Source: Azolla caroliniana (Eukaryota > Plantae > Polypodiophyta). From it: a DNA stretch of 64,000 nucleotides. Made by a program: the position numbers and the translations under genes. Below the pieces are notes generated by a model. That model was not told where the DNA came from and searched no databases. It saw nothing but the letters and a program-made list of their open reading frames with translations. Location: positions 4,960,001 through 5,024,000 of the forward strand of contig JBHGNT010000005.1 of NCBI GenBank assembly GCA_043228905.1, given 5' to 3'. Shown here piece by piece: positions 12,601-24,944 of this stretch; the first letter of the stretch is position 1; every line of letters starts with the position of its first letter.

Positions 12601-13571
12601 ATAAGTCATGTTTCGTGCATTACACCTATTATCCTCCCCATTTGGTCTACATATCTCACAAGTGCAGACACATAATTCCCCGTGTATACCCTTACAATCA
12701 GTACGCATTGCATTCACGGCTAGCCTTAACATGTCCATCTTCACATGGTACACACAACAACATGTATTCCTCTCATTTAATTTTCTAACATAAAATGGTT
12801 TCAAACCTTGGAACTTGCGGAATCCAACAGTCAAGCTTGGATGTTGATCTTTAAAGTTCATGTACAATTCAGCCTACATCAACCAATATATATAGCAAAC
12901 ATTAATATACAGTTGGTCAAAACACAAAGTTATGGAATGTGAAATGATATAAAAAAATGGAATACCTCTGTCATCTCCAAGAAGTGTCTAGGGTGAATCT
13001 GGTACTTACCCTGACTTATTCGTTGTCTACACACGTCCTTCTTATTTGGTGAGACACGCGTATTTTTGGCCCAAAATGAATCCACTTTCTCAATAATCTC
13101 TTGAGATAAGGCATCACATCGTCGTCTACGTCCCAACCCCATCCACTTGAATTTGTTTGAGTGTATATTTTGGCGATGTTTCCTCAAGTTCCTTCTTTGA
13201 ATACCCAGGGCTAAGGCAACTTTAGTATCACTATATTTTTTTCCTCTCGCACCGTTCACAACCATGTGTAGGGCTGCCCTCTTTGCAGCAAGTTTGTCTA
13301 AGCTCTCTACACCTTTCACTAAGTCTAGGGATGACTTCATAGACTCTACAATCTCTTCTGAAACACATTGGTCCCTAAATTTTATTCTCTCCATGTCTTC
13401 ATTCAAACTTTGATGGTGTAACACTCTACAGATAATATCCCTACGATCCTCTTCACTAAATCTCTTTGTTATTTCTACCAAATAACGGACTATGTGAAGA
13501 ACCACTCGTCTCTTAGTCCTTTCAGATATGCATGAGTTACTTGACAACTCACTCTCGTTAGGAACCCCCAT
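9643..13571 (-). CDS. Sola2-like DDD transposase, ~813 aa, 3 exons
   Basis: Exons 13571-12966, 12873-11924, 10528-9643 join in frame (EMTE|AELYMNFK; FIAR|YFSLFNIRMQW), 2442 nt. Motifs: TCCCVYH and Cys-rich region, DFAENY, SDDKKHD, WSDGAASQFK, WNYFGSGHGKGEHDGAGAVIKR, SCFCSMC. The reading frame is open upstream of ATG 13571, so the true start may be earlier. Confidence 0.85.
10529..11923 (-). repeat. Transposase intron 2 minisatellite with 146-bp units and ~270-bp higher-order units, AGTAC-rich
   Basis: Near-identical 146-bp units start at ~11289, 11435 and 11581. ttagtactaacttagt recurs at ~10642, 10909 and 11182. Confidence 0.9.
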
Positions 13572-13652
13572 TCGGTCACTAGATTTATCCGCAAAAATTA
13601 AGTGGCTTGCAAAAGTAGTTAATGTTATATAGACTCAACCAAGAAAACACAG

Positions 13653-14246
13653 TCAAATGTTTTTAAATGTGGCCTGCAAAGTGAAAGATATTTCGTTTCA
13701 AACATTAGAATTACATATCAAATATGACAATTGTCAGTTCTAAAATTTTTGTACTGAAATATGAAGAAATGTAACATTTTAGTACTGAAAATAAAAAAAA
13801 CGGTTTGGTGAAAGGAACCTCCAATGGTGGACGGAGCGTTGGATATGCCGCCTCGATTTGGTGGAAGGAACCTCCAATGCCGCCTCGATTTGGTGGAAAA
13901 AGCCACAAATCACCACGACACCAAATCAAATGTTTTTAAATGTGGCCTGCAAAGTGAAAGATATTTCGTTTCAAACATTAGAATTACATATCAAATATGA
14001 CAATTGTCAGTTCTAAAATTTTTGTACTGAAATATGAAGAAATGTAACATTTTAGTACTGAAAATAAAAAAAACGGATGGAAGGAACCTCGAATGGATGG
14101 AGGGGGCGTTGGATATGCCGCCTCGATTTGGTGGAAGGAACCTCCAATGGTGGACGGAGCGTTGGATATGCCGCCTCGATTTGGCGGAAGGAACCTCCAA
14201 TGCCGCCTCGATTTGGTGGAAAAAGCCACAAATCACCACGACACCA
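13653..14246. repeat. 273-bp tandem duplication upstream of the transposase with internal gccgcctcgatttggtggaa repeats
   Basis: tcaaatgtttttaaatgtggcctgc occurs at 13653 and 13926; the GC-rich subrepeat occurs 2x in the first copy and 3x in the second. Confidence 0.9.
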
Positions 14247-14729
14247 ACTTCAATGGATGGATGTAAGAAAGTCGTTGTCGAAGAAGTCACTATTGGCTGC
14301 TACCAACAGTCTCTGTACCTCGACCTAAACCCTAACAAAAACAGAAACCCTAAAAAAATCAGAAATCCTCAACTTAAACGCTCAAAACAGACATGGATGT
14401 CTGAGATTTAGATTGGAGGAAATCAGAAACTGAACATGGATCTGTGATGAAAAGCTCAGAGGGATAGAGGAAGAGGAGTATGAGGGGAACCGCCAAAACG
14501 ACGTGAGGGGAAGCGCCAAAATCGACGTGAGGGGAAAATAGCCCCCAAAATGGAATGAACATCTCCTCACCTGTTCCCCCCACTCCTTCTACAATAAATG
14601 ACACTTGTACTACAGTCACCCCACTCTCCAAAATCGATTTTCTTTTTCTCTGATTTTTTTTTTTTGAATTATTCATACTAACAGTACTAAAAGTACTGAC
14701 AATTTTTGTGGCCAAAAACAGTACTTTTC

Positions 14730-14755
14730 TGGTACACCGTAGCGTGCTTCTACCC
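14730..14755 (-). repeat. Right terminal inverted repeat (26 bp)
   Basis: tggtacaccgtagcgtgcttctaccc; reverse complement gggtagaagcacgctacggtgtacca, 2 mismatches to the left TIR. Confidence 0.92.
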
Positions 14756-15757
14756 CTCTAAGATTGGGGGAGTATGTGTAGGCACATGTAAAAATTAGGA
14801 TCTATTTACTAAGGATGGCAATGGGATATCTAAAAATATCCACTTCATTAATGGAAGGAAATCTCCCATTTTTGACACACATTGCCCTAATGAGTGCGTG
14901 TTCACACATAGAAGGTGTGGGATTAAATTTGTTAACCCGACACACCCCTTCAAACTCAATAGTGGATGACAAGCTTGGTTTTCCTTCACTCACCATGAAA
15001 ATTGGTGGGTCAAGGGGTTGTAAGCCAAGCATTGTCGATATTTGTTTGAGTTTGTCGAGTGTAAGAGATTTGTTGCAAGCTATGTGCAAGTCAATGTTCA
15101 TGGAGGTGTCCCACCATAATGTTTTGCCTAAAGAGAATTTCTAGCAATCCTAGTGTGTCAAAGTGACCTAAGCATTGATCCATAACAACCTCTGATCGAT
15201 GGCTTGTCCTTGTTAATTCAAACCCAAGCAACAAATAAATTGTGCATAAACCGATCTACGCCATTATGGTTGTGCACCTTATTATATTCCTATATATAAG
15301 AGCAAATCAATTGTGCGATTAGTAGGTGGAGATGAGTTCCCAAGATCCTCCATGGGGTCGTGTTCACTTTTAATGAGTTGTTAACTTGTTAACTAGTGCA
15401 TTGCAAGACTTTCATTTCAAAGTCCTAGTTTTGCCCAATGACTCTACTCCTAAAACGTTTTTTTCATTGATTGGAATTACTTAGTAACTAAAGCAAAGCA
15501 TCATCATAGGTAGTTTCTCATTGAGTGTTAATTTGTGAGACTTGTATTAGGCATCCTTCTCTATTTGTATTATCAATTATGAAGGAACGTGTTGAACAAT
15601 TTCACAACAATCTTATGACATGCGAGGAGCTTAGCCATGTACTTGGAAGTTATGTTTAATGTCCATCCTCAATCCTGGAACTCCGTGGGAGAGGCGAATT
15701 CATTCCATGTGCTTGAAAGCTATTGCTTTTTGGTTGAAAATTAAGTACTCAATGCAT

Positions 15758-15761
<4 letters not shown>

Positions 15762-15793
<32 letters not shown>

Positions 15794-15817
15794 TCTCTCT
15801 CTCTCTCTCTCTCTCTC
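15762..15817. repeat. (TG)n(TC)n compound microsatellite
   Basis: Directly visible; nearby (GAA)n at ~16122-16156 and 16401-16425, and (CA)n at 16500-16526. Confidence 0.95.
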
Positions 15818-16499
15818 CCCACCCTTTTGTGTGTGTGTGTGTCTAAGGAGCTTATAGGGCAAGAAGACAACCAACTTAGGAGTAATGTAGCAAACTAGAG
15901 TGTCCCACTCTATCATCATCAACTACAACTTGTGCCCCTTAGAGATTTGAAAAACAAGCAAATGGTTCATCCAAAAAAGCAGCAAACAAATAAACAAGCA
16001 TATATGTCATACATAGACAGAAAGAGTAAACTGGATTAGGACAAAAGGGAGTAGTCACAACGTGAATGAGTAAAACAGACACATTTTGGGTTAAGATGCC
16101 AGAGAGGATATGGACTCAAAAAAGAAGAAGAAGAAGAAGAAGAAGAAGAAGAAGAACAGGGGAGCTAACTAACTAAAGCAGAAAGACGGGAAATGTGTTA
16201 CAAAATGGATCTAGACGGGTAGTAGGTAAGACTATCTATCGGATAGGATAGGGATTTGGATAGGGATATAGGGATATGGATAGAGCAGACAAAAGAGTGG
16301 ATTAGGAATTGATAGAGATGTATGGTCACAATCCATGGTTTGTTAGGGTATATGGTTTAATGTGAAGACGACAACAAATTCAATGGAGTGAGAAGAGCCC
16401 AAAGAAGAAGAAGAAGAAGAAGAAAAGGAGATCACACCATAGAGATGGGGCCAGAGGGGAAAGAGCTAAGAAGAAGAAGAAGAAGCCCATCCATGGCTT

Positions 16500-16531
<32 letters not shown>

Positions 16532-17241
16532 CTCAGAGAAAAAGACAAACCATAAAACAGATGCTCACACAAAAAATGGGGGCCCAATCTTTTCTGTGTT
16601 TTTTTGTTGATTGATTTTCTCATATTATTTTTATTTTTATTGTTCATGTTAATGATATGTATAATGTATGTATCTCTACCCTTCTGTTATTTGTTTTGCT
16701 GTACGAATTGATGCTTTTTTGGCGGGAAATCGTACCACGGATTGACTTTTTCCAAGCCCTCGAAAAGTCAATTCTTCCATTAGTTTATATCATATGCACA
16801 CATTTTGTATTCCATTCTCTTCTTCTTCTTCTTCTTCTTCTTCCGAAGCTCAGGAACACTAAATAAAACAATAAAACAGAGTAAATAGCATTCCTCCCAG
16901 TCTCGTCCTAATCCGTCTCTTCATTTCATCCTTAATCATCCATCGCCTCCTTAATCACCCCCTGATTGTACCATCCCACCTTCCAATCATTCATTCTTCA
17001 CTAAATTGCACATTAAACCCCTTCTCTCAAGTATACATATTATTCCAATCCTCTAATTAGGGCACACCATCCCATTGATGGCTACTAATCACCTCCATTA
17101 ATTAGTAGTCACACAACCCATTGTCGCTTACTTGGAGCATACTAAAATACCCGTCCATCGGTTTAAGCCGAATCCATTAACCTCCCCCCACTCAATAATA
17201 ATCATCATCTCTAAAGATTTGTCCCATAATTACTAATAGAA

Positions 17242-17808
17242 ATGGCAGGGGATGGCGATAGTCGATGCCATTCATCGTTTCCACGATGCCGATCAACCAC
17301 ACCTCACGCATCGCCCTGGCCTGCTAATTACAGCCTTTGCAATCGGTTAACGAGATGCATATCGCGATCGAGATCATGTTTATTACATCGTCCGAAGCAA
17401 GGGGGTGCGAATTATCTAAGAGATCCTCCGAAAGGGTACTTGCCGATTTGCATAGGAGTACATAACTACCGCGTAAATGATGGAGGCGGGGGAAAATGTA
17501 ACGAAGAAGGCGAGAAGTGTCGGGAGGGTATGTGTTGTCGTGGGTCACAATGTAAGGGGCAGATTGAGTGTGGGTCCAATGGCACCGTGAGAAGGTACCT
17601 GGTGAAGGTAGGGCAGCTCAACCATCCCGTAATCGCGAGCCTTCTACGCAGGACTGCGGAAGAGTTCGGGTACTCGCGCCATGGTGCCCTACAACTCTTC
17701 TGTGACCCTCAAACCCTCGATGACATACTCCGCCTTCTAGCCATCGAGCCTACACTACGACGAAGACGAATGCGACATGCCTCGGGCTTGATTCACCTCC
17801 TCCATTAA
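17242..17808 (+). CDS. SAUR: SAUR-family auxin-responsive protein, intronless, 188 aa
   Basis: DPPKGYLPICIG ... RRYLVKVGQLNHPVIASLLRRTAEEFGYSRHGALQLFCD matches the SAUR core (VPKG..VYVG..RRFVV....LNHP.F..LL..AEEEFGF...G.L.IPC). Confidence 0.9.
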   Translation: MAGDGDSRCHSSFPRCRSTTPHASPWPANYSLCNRLTRCISRSRSCLLHRPKQGGANYLRDPPKGYLPICIGVHNYRVNDGGGGKCNEEGEKCREGMCCRGSQCKGQIECGSNGTVRRYLVKVGQLNHPVIASLLRRTAEEFGYSRHGALQLFCDPQTLDDILRLLAIEPTLRRRRMRHASGLIHLLH

Positions 17809-19649
17809 ATTATACATGTTCCTCCACTGTTACTGTTGTATCATCACTCTATTCCCTGCAGAAAATCATTGAACACCACCTCATTCATGATCTTGGTGGA
17901 CATATTGGATGTTTAATCCCTCTAGTGCCATGGGGGGAGTGTCAAAGACTTGTCAAAAGTGGTTTGTTTTATGTGTGTATTGGGTCTCTAGTCCATGTCT
18001 CTCTTATTAGTGGGGAATTGATGTCTTTCCTTAAGTTCATGCCTCTTTATCATACTGGGAAGTATGCCCAACTATGTCATGTCAACCGCTAATCCATATA
18101 AATTAGTATCGCGATGGGCTTGACACCCTATTCATACTTAGTCTAGGGTTTCGATCACCACCAATGCTTAATTATTTTCCCTTTCTCGTGTCGGGGGTTT
18201 AACAATGTAAATTTCCCACTTCTAGGGTTTCGCCAAATCTTGATCTCATGTTGTAATGCTAGAGTTTATTTAATGTTATAAGGGGCTTTCTTCTTTGGTT
18301 ACGGTTTGTAGAATTACTTGGTCACATTCTCCATAACGTATCGAGATTCCCTACCTTGTGAACATTCTGTATCAATCCATATAAACTCATATAGTTTGGC
18401 ATCACCTTTGTCAAGGTTTGTCGTTATCATTTATCGACTTGCTTTATAATTATACATGTACAAATAGTTTTGATCATAAAAAGTTATGTTTGATTCACAT
18501 TGTAATTGAAAAGCCCTTGTCATATTAAAGCCTTGGCTCCGCTACCTTACATATGTTGGTTAACTACTTACAATAAGACTAGTAATGTTGATACAAACAA
18601 GCCTTATAATAATATTACTGTCACAACATAGTTCCCCAAGTGTAAACCCTACTTTGCAAGAGATTGTTTGCTTTATAGTTCCACTTAATTTATAAAGGTT
18701 GTTGATGAAATGTACGCGCATGGTGCTAGCATATAAAGGAAACTTCCACACGATTACATGCCAACCTCAAATTCATTTATGTTAGTTAAGCACTTGGAGC
18801 AAATTCATTACTTCGACATTGGCATGGTCATTCAAAAAATACTTCACATTTTGATGTGATGTATTGATGAATATGCAACTTCAACTCAAATATCATTCAT
18901 GCTTATCTCATTGCTAATTGTTTATATGGAACCTCACTTAAAACTGTTAAATATTTTAACGCTTCTAGTGGATTATTTCATACTTGACTAGTCATTTTGT
19001 CGTCATGCAAAACATATAGGCCATAAAGGTGATGTAATTCCAGGACACTTAAATCGTTTCTTGTCGATTTTGTTTTTTGTGTATTCCTCCATATAACAGA
19101 ATGTTAATATACTTTGGTTCAATGTAGTTCCCTATCACGATAATATCAGAGTTTGTCAGAGTTATGGTTATTGTGTGAATATTTTTGCACGCAAAATGTG
19201 ATCAATGATTATGTTGAATGGTAATCCATCCACGTGTGCCATTTATGTTTGTGATTTACAAAGTACCATGGCATGGTGCAAGAAGTTGAATGCAAAGATT
19301 GTGAGCGAAGGATGGGATGAGATATTCTAATTTAATTCACCATTTAAAGGGAAAGGATCAAGAGTTTTGTCTTATTATTCTATTTAAAATTTTGTTTACT
19401 TCCATTGGTTGGAGAGGGTCAATCAAATGCAAGATACATGCACTTAGACATGTTGGAATATGAACTTATCTAGAAGCTTTCAATATTTTAGGCCACTTGT
19501 TCTAAATAATACATTAGTGATGCCTCCTTCAATCAAAGTACTACTAATTTTAATAATATTGCTATGCTTATCGCATGTCTTGATCCTTCTATCATCATCA
19601 TTATGTATCTACAAACCCAATTATTCCTTACGTTTTATGGATACCTTCA

Positions 19650-19842
19650 AGATATTACACTGGATTCCAATTGCATGGTGCCTATATCAAATTGTTTAAA
19701 AAACAATGGGGATTGTTCCATGTGGTTGTAATGTTTGGTATTATTCAAAGGTATTACACTGTATTCCAATTGTGTGGTGCCTATATCAAAGTGTTTCAAA
19801 AACAATGGGGATTGTTCCATGTGGTTGTAATGTTTGGTACCA
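19650..19842. repeat. 102-bp tandem duplication (also at ~33163-33355)
   Basis: attacactg(g/t)attccaattg...ggtgcctatatcaaa...ggggattgttccatgtggttgtaatgtttggta occurs twice. Confidence 0.9.
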
Positions 19843-22800
19843 ACCTCACAAGGATGTCTTCGCAATAGGAAACATATAACACTATGAAAAATGTGTGGGA
19901 ATGATGTAGAGTTACCAAGAGTTTGTTGTGCATGTGATATATAACATTGTCCTCTTACAATATCTTTTCCTTGAGTTGAGGCTTAATTTGACCTATTAGC
20001 TCGTGCTACTACAATGGGTATCTCGAATTGCTTTTCTAGTTTGGTGCTATTCCCTCTAAATCTATCTTTATTATTTTTGAGGTACACGTGGCAATCCACA
20101 CAATAGCACTCAGATTTTCTAATGTTTGACATCCACATGTATTGGTACCCTTGGTATCCAACTTGTTGTCCATATATTTAGTATATATGTGGCATATTCT
20201 AGCATTGCATTATGTCATAAGTAATGAATTGTGTGCAATCATTCTAGCTAAGGCTCGATTGAGCTTTTGGATGTTTAGATTTTTAATGATCTTGTTTGAG
20301 TCAACTTCTTTTGTCTTACTTAGTTCTTTGGATAGCCTAAGTGGTTCAATTTCACCATAGAATTTTTGCTTGGGATTCCATTGTTTTGAAGGATTTTAGC
20401 TTGCTCCCATCTTCCAATGATTGGCCTTGTCTTACCTTGACTTGACATTAACAATTAAGGAACACCTTGCACAACCCACATTAATAGACCAAAGGACAAA
20501 ATAGGTTTACTTTTATAATCCTCGATCATTGCAACTTGATTGATGATGCATGCATATTCACAAGAATGGTATTCATTAATCTATGGTACACGAGGGATGT
20601 TGACGATTTATAAGTCAAGGCAACTTGAAGATAGATATATTTCTTTTTAACGTCCACGGGAGATGGGTTCGAGCCCATGGCGGGGATCGAACTCTAAAGT
20701 TAGAGATAATTTTTAATTGAGAATTTGTAGAGTGGTGTCATTGAGGGTCCACTCAATCTACTATTGGCAACAAGTAATGTCTATGGTGAGGGCCAAAGGC
20801 TATCATGGCCGGCCGCTTGTGATGCCTCAAATCCAAGAATAGTTACACATCCCGATATGTAAGGGAGGAGAGTTGGCTCACATGTAGATATATAAGGTAG
20901 ACATAGTTTATTTATAAGTAATAATTGTGAGTTATTCATATTCTTTGATGGGCTTCATTCTCGCTCTCTCCCTTGTTAGAACTTAGAAGTAGGAAACCCT
21001 TCCACCACTCTTAAGACTTATTCTAATTCTCTCCCTTCAATTACATTCTTCTCTTTAGCAACAAGCACCCTTGTTCTTTTGTAGCATATCTAATGTTGCC
21101 TTATATTATAGCTATATATCACTATATCCAACCAACCATTATGTTATTTCCCTAATCTATACGGTCCCTAGATAATTTTAGGCAGCTAGGCTACTTCACA
21201 TTAGTCCCGTCGAAGACCAACATGAATTCGTTATCATTTATAATCAAATGTTTTTTACAGACTTATGACTACATATTATGCATACCAACGTCACCAAAAA
21301 TGGCCAAGTATTTATCGGTTTCTTGTATGCCCCAATATATTAAGATCTAGAGTGTGATACTAACATTGTTGACCTTAGCGACGAGATGCAATGACATCAT
21401 CTTCCATAAGCTCATTATCTAGTTTTTGAACCTATTTGACACATCACGAAGCTCTTGTAAATGTCATTGTATAGAGCATAGTAGGGTTATGACCAAACCA
21501 TGTTGGGAATCCAACTTATCTCAAAGTCAAATTATTTTGTGACTACCCTAGTGACACAAATCTTGTGTGATTTGCTAAGATGTCAATGATAGGAAACAAC
21601 ATGTTTATTACATGAAGGGATTGCCTTGCAAGGACATGGGGCAACCAATGAAATTACGTTTCAAGATTGTACTGACCATATCACGATGCCGAATTTCAAG
21701 TTGAAGTAGTCAATGAAGTGAATTTGCAATGATTGTTTGCAATTGAATTTGCAAAATGACTTTGATAAGTGCTAAATCATTGACCTTAAGTGAGTACTTC
21801 TCCAACAAGTTTCCTCTTCTTCTTCCTTTTCTACCCCAATCTTTATTGTCAGTCTCGGATTCTATTATTGAATTGTTTCACAAACGTTTTAATTTATGAT
21901 TTATCAACCATTAAACAAGGTAGAAGAAAGCCATCATTCAGCTTCTGCAGTGGCATAAATATATTTTAAACGGTTGGTTATGTAGCATAACCAATATCTT
22001 GTTCCCTAAAAATGTGTGAAATAAGATTTAGTGAAGGTTAAGCAAACCGTCCTTTAGATAGAACCAAAATAAATAAATCTTAAGGCAAAGGTTTGCATTC
22101 CAGAAAGCATACATCAAACTGAGGTACAAGTCATCAGTGAAAATGGAAAGATAACCATTTAAGAAACTGAGCATCTTGCAATAACAATTTACTTGACATC
22201 CAATAATCCTAGTATAAAAAGCATTACAAGAATGTCTCCAACTTAACCGAGATTGATTAATTCACACCCAGTAGTTTGAGAAAATTGATGCAACCTTATA
22301 AAAACTCATACAAGCTTTCATATCATTTTGTGACAAATGTTGGCTTAAAACTCGAGAAATTATACAAATCAGGAAATAATTTCAAATGGAAAAGCAAAAC
22401 ATTCTTTGTGCTTTTCCTTACTGAAGGTGTATTCGAGGAATAACTCTTAAGGCATAGAGGCCAGGCAGACGAAGACAAATCCTTGTGGACAATCATCTTT
22501 TCCTGAGTGAAACTGAAACCGAAATAACGAAAACCGAATACTCGTAGACTAGTGTAAAGTAGGCTATGAAAAAGAACACCCACCCTACATACACACTTCC
22601 CCACCCTTACCTTTGCTGGGCTTGAGGATAATCATTTCATTATTTCATGCCTAGAAATGATGTAATCTAAGTAAGACTCTCTACTACAACACTTGGCATT
22701 TGAGCACATATCATATTATATAAGACATCCTCCAGTATAAAAGGACCCGCGATTTACGGATCAAATATGCACTGTGCATTTGCTCCAATTCCTCTTTGCT

Positions 22801-22852
22801 TGACAAGTTTCCCAAAGTGTATGGCCGAATAGTTAATGGCGTCACATGATGC

Positions 22853-24944
22853 TCAAACAGCACTAGATTCAGAGAAGAGATCGAGCAATGCCAGTGTCTA
22901 CACATCATCAACAAACAAAAACAAATTTTAGAATGATTAAACAGACATAATTAACAAATTTAAGAAAATCAATCAACATAATTAACAAAATTAAAAGTAA
23001 AGCAATCAAATTCTTTAAAATTTAAAACCACGAATTCGATCATCCAAAAAAGCACAATATATTTTTAATGAAATATCAACCTCTGGTACTGAAAGTTGTA
23101 GGCGGAATTTGGGTCCATCATAATGGTGAAGAACAGGTCGAAATGAGTCTTCTTCAAGGGGCTTGGAGACTCTTCTCACTCGAATGCGAACCTAAATGGA
23201 AGCATACATAGAGTTGGAAATAAGAAAATTGATTTATGGGGTGAAAGATACTGACAAACGGCCACAGAAAAAACTCAAAACTTTTTGCAATATTTTTGTT
23301 CCCAAAATGAGAATTCTACTTCCATGATTTTTATCCACGACATATTGATTACTCTGTTAGTAGGATTTACAAGAAACTATTTGAGATGACATAGAACTAC
23401 ATTGCAATTGTGAGAGTAGTAACAATTGAGCATCATTTTCAACAAAAAAATAAACACTACTAAATGGGTACAATGAAGCATTGCCTGAAGCCAGGTAACA
23501 TCAACATAAGCAATAGCCAACCTGAGCTGGGAATCGAGATTCGCCTTTGCATTTCTTGTCCTCCCAAGCTGTTGGATCAATGTTTGAACCCCCGAAACTA
23601 GATGCCTGAAAAGGGAATATTTCTCTCAATACATTCACCGAACATTACTCCATGAACATACTTTCCATCCATGAATATCACAAAGGTCACTTAAAAACAA
23701 AACAATTTCCATGAAAAATGCTAGAAAGAGATTTCCTTCAAACGAGGACAGTAGTATAAATAATGTATGTAGTCCATGCAGAGGAATGGATATTTCCATA
23801 AATGACTTATCTGTTCCAAGATTGAAAACTTGTCATCAAAATATTACCTCATACACTCCATGAAGTTGGTGTGTGGTATAGTTATATAGAAATAAAGGCA
23901 AGCCTGGTTGGATCGCACGAACCGAGTCTCGATATCTTTGAGGTAATCCTGTGAAACAAAGAATATCTAGTCACATACATTGTTCCAGCACATCCTGATA
24001 TCTGTGATGCTGACACATATACAGCATCACAGACATGGAGACCTCACTGTCCAAGCTTCTGGAGAAGATTTTAAGCAAAATGCATATGACATTACAAATT
24101 TAAAATATCTTATAAACTTCTCCACAAGCTGCACAATAAATCATTAACCAATAACATTGTAGAATCCTCTCTGGAGAGACCCTCGAATCTTCCAAGATAA
24201 TATCAATTTATGAAACTTATGAAACACTAGATTGAGAACATTCTAAGTTCTATGCAAACTCAAGATCTTACAAACTACACGGCTGTTTCGAGAAACTATT
24301 TACAGGTCAGGTTAACACAACACAGCATCAACCAATTACATTTCAAAAACTTTCTAGAAACTTCTAATCAAGTCAATCACATTGTTTCCCATCAATCACA
24401 TTCTAGAAATTAGTATCCATAACATTTTAGAAACTTCGAACTAAAACATTGCAAAGAGCTTCTTGAATCTTCTGAAGCTAAGAAACATACCGAATAATTG
24501 ACGTTTGAGGTCTTCGGCCATCGTATCGTTGTTGCAAACAAAGATGTAACCCCCTAATGTATCAGTTCTTGGGAGAGTCTCTGCCGGTGGCAATGACTTA
24601 AACCTCTTCTCGGTCGCACTATTTCCGAGGACTGGAGATGATGAATTCAGTATGTTCCCACCCATTGAAATCTTATGATTGAGCTCGTCAAATTTCACAA
24701 AAGCCTGCAATTTCTGGTTCAATACTTCCCCTTTGGAAGCTTCATCAGATTTTCCTTTTTTGGGAGCTTTTGATTGTTTTAAGTTCTTCTCTATAGTTAT
24801 GGGCCTAATTTTCTCGAATTTCACTCTCATTTGGTCAACCAAAGCTAGCTTTGAAGCTGCAATCTTCCAATTTTGGTCTTCTTGAATCTCACTGTGGCCT
24901 CTTTTCTCATCATTTACACTCCAGAATGAATATAAGTGGTCCAT
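22853..24944 (-). CDS. DCD (development and cell death) domain protein, NRP/B2-like, 264 aa, copy 1
   Basis: Exons 24944-24491, 23948-23848, 23605-23522, 23191-23081, 22897-22853 give GGYIFVCNNDTMAEDLKRQLFGLPQRYRDSVRAIQPGLPLFLYNYTTHQLHGVYEASSFGGSNIDPTAWEDKKCKGESRFPAQVRIR. Probable 5'UTR intron ~24955-25590. Confidence 0.93.

Larger units (their letters stand above)
2592..14755 (-). mobile_element. Complete TIR DNA transposon, Sola2-like, 12,164 bp, with transposase plus one cargo gene
   Basis: Left end GGGTCGAAGCATGCTACGGTGTACCA (2592-2617) matches the reverse complement of the right end (14730-14755) at 24/26 positions. CTCT flanks both ends (2588-2591, 14756-14759). An internal DDD transposase is present. 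GRG...CYC termini with a 4-bp TSD fit the Sola2 description. Confidence 0.9.

Noticed and set aside
14802-15144. Overlapping 99- and 109-aa ORFs right of the transposon
   Set aside because: Outside the TIR/TSD boundary and without recognisable motifs.
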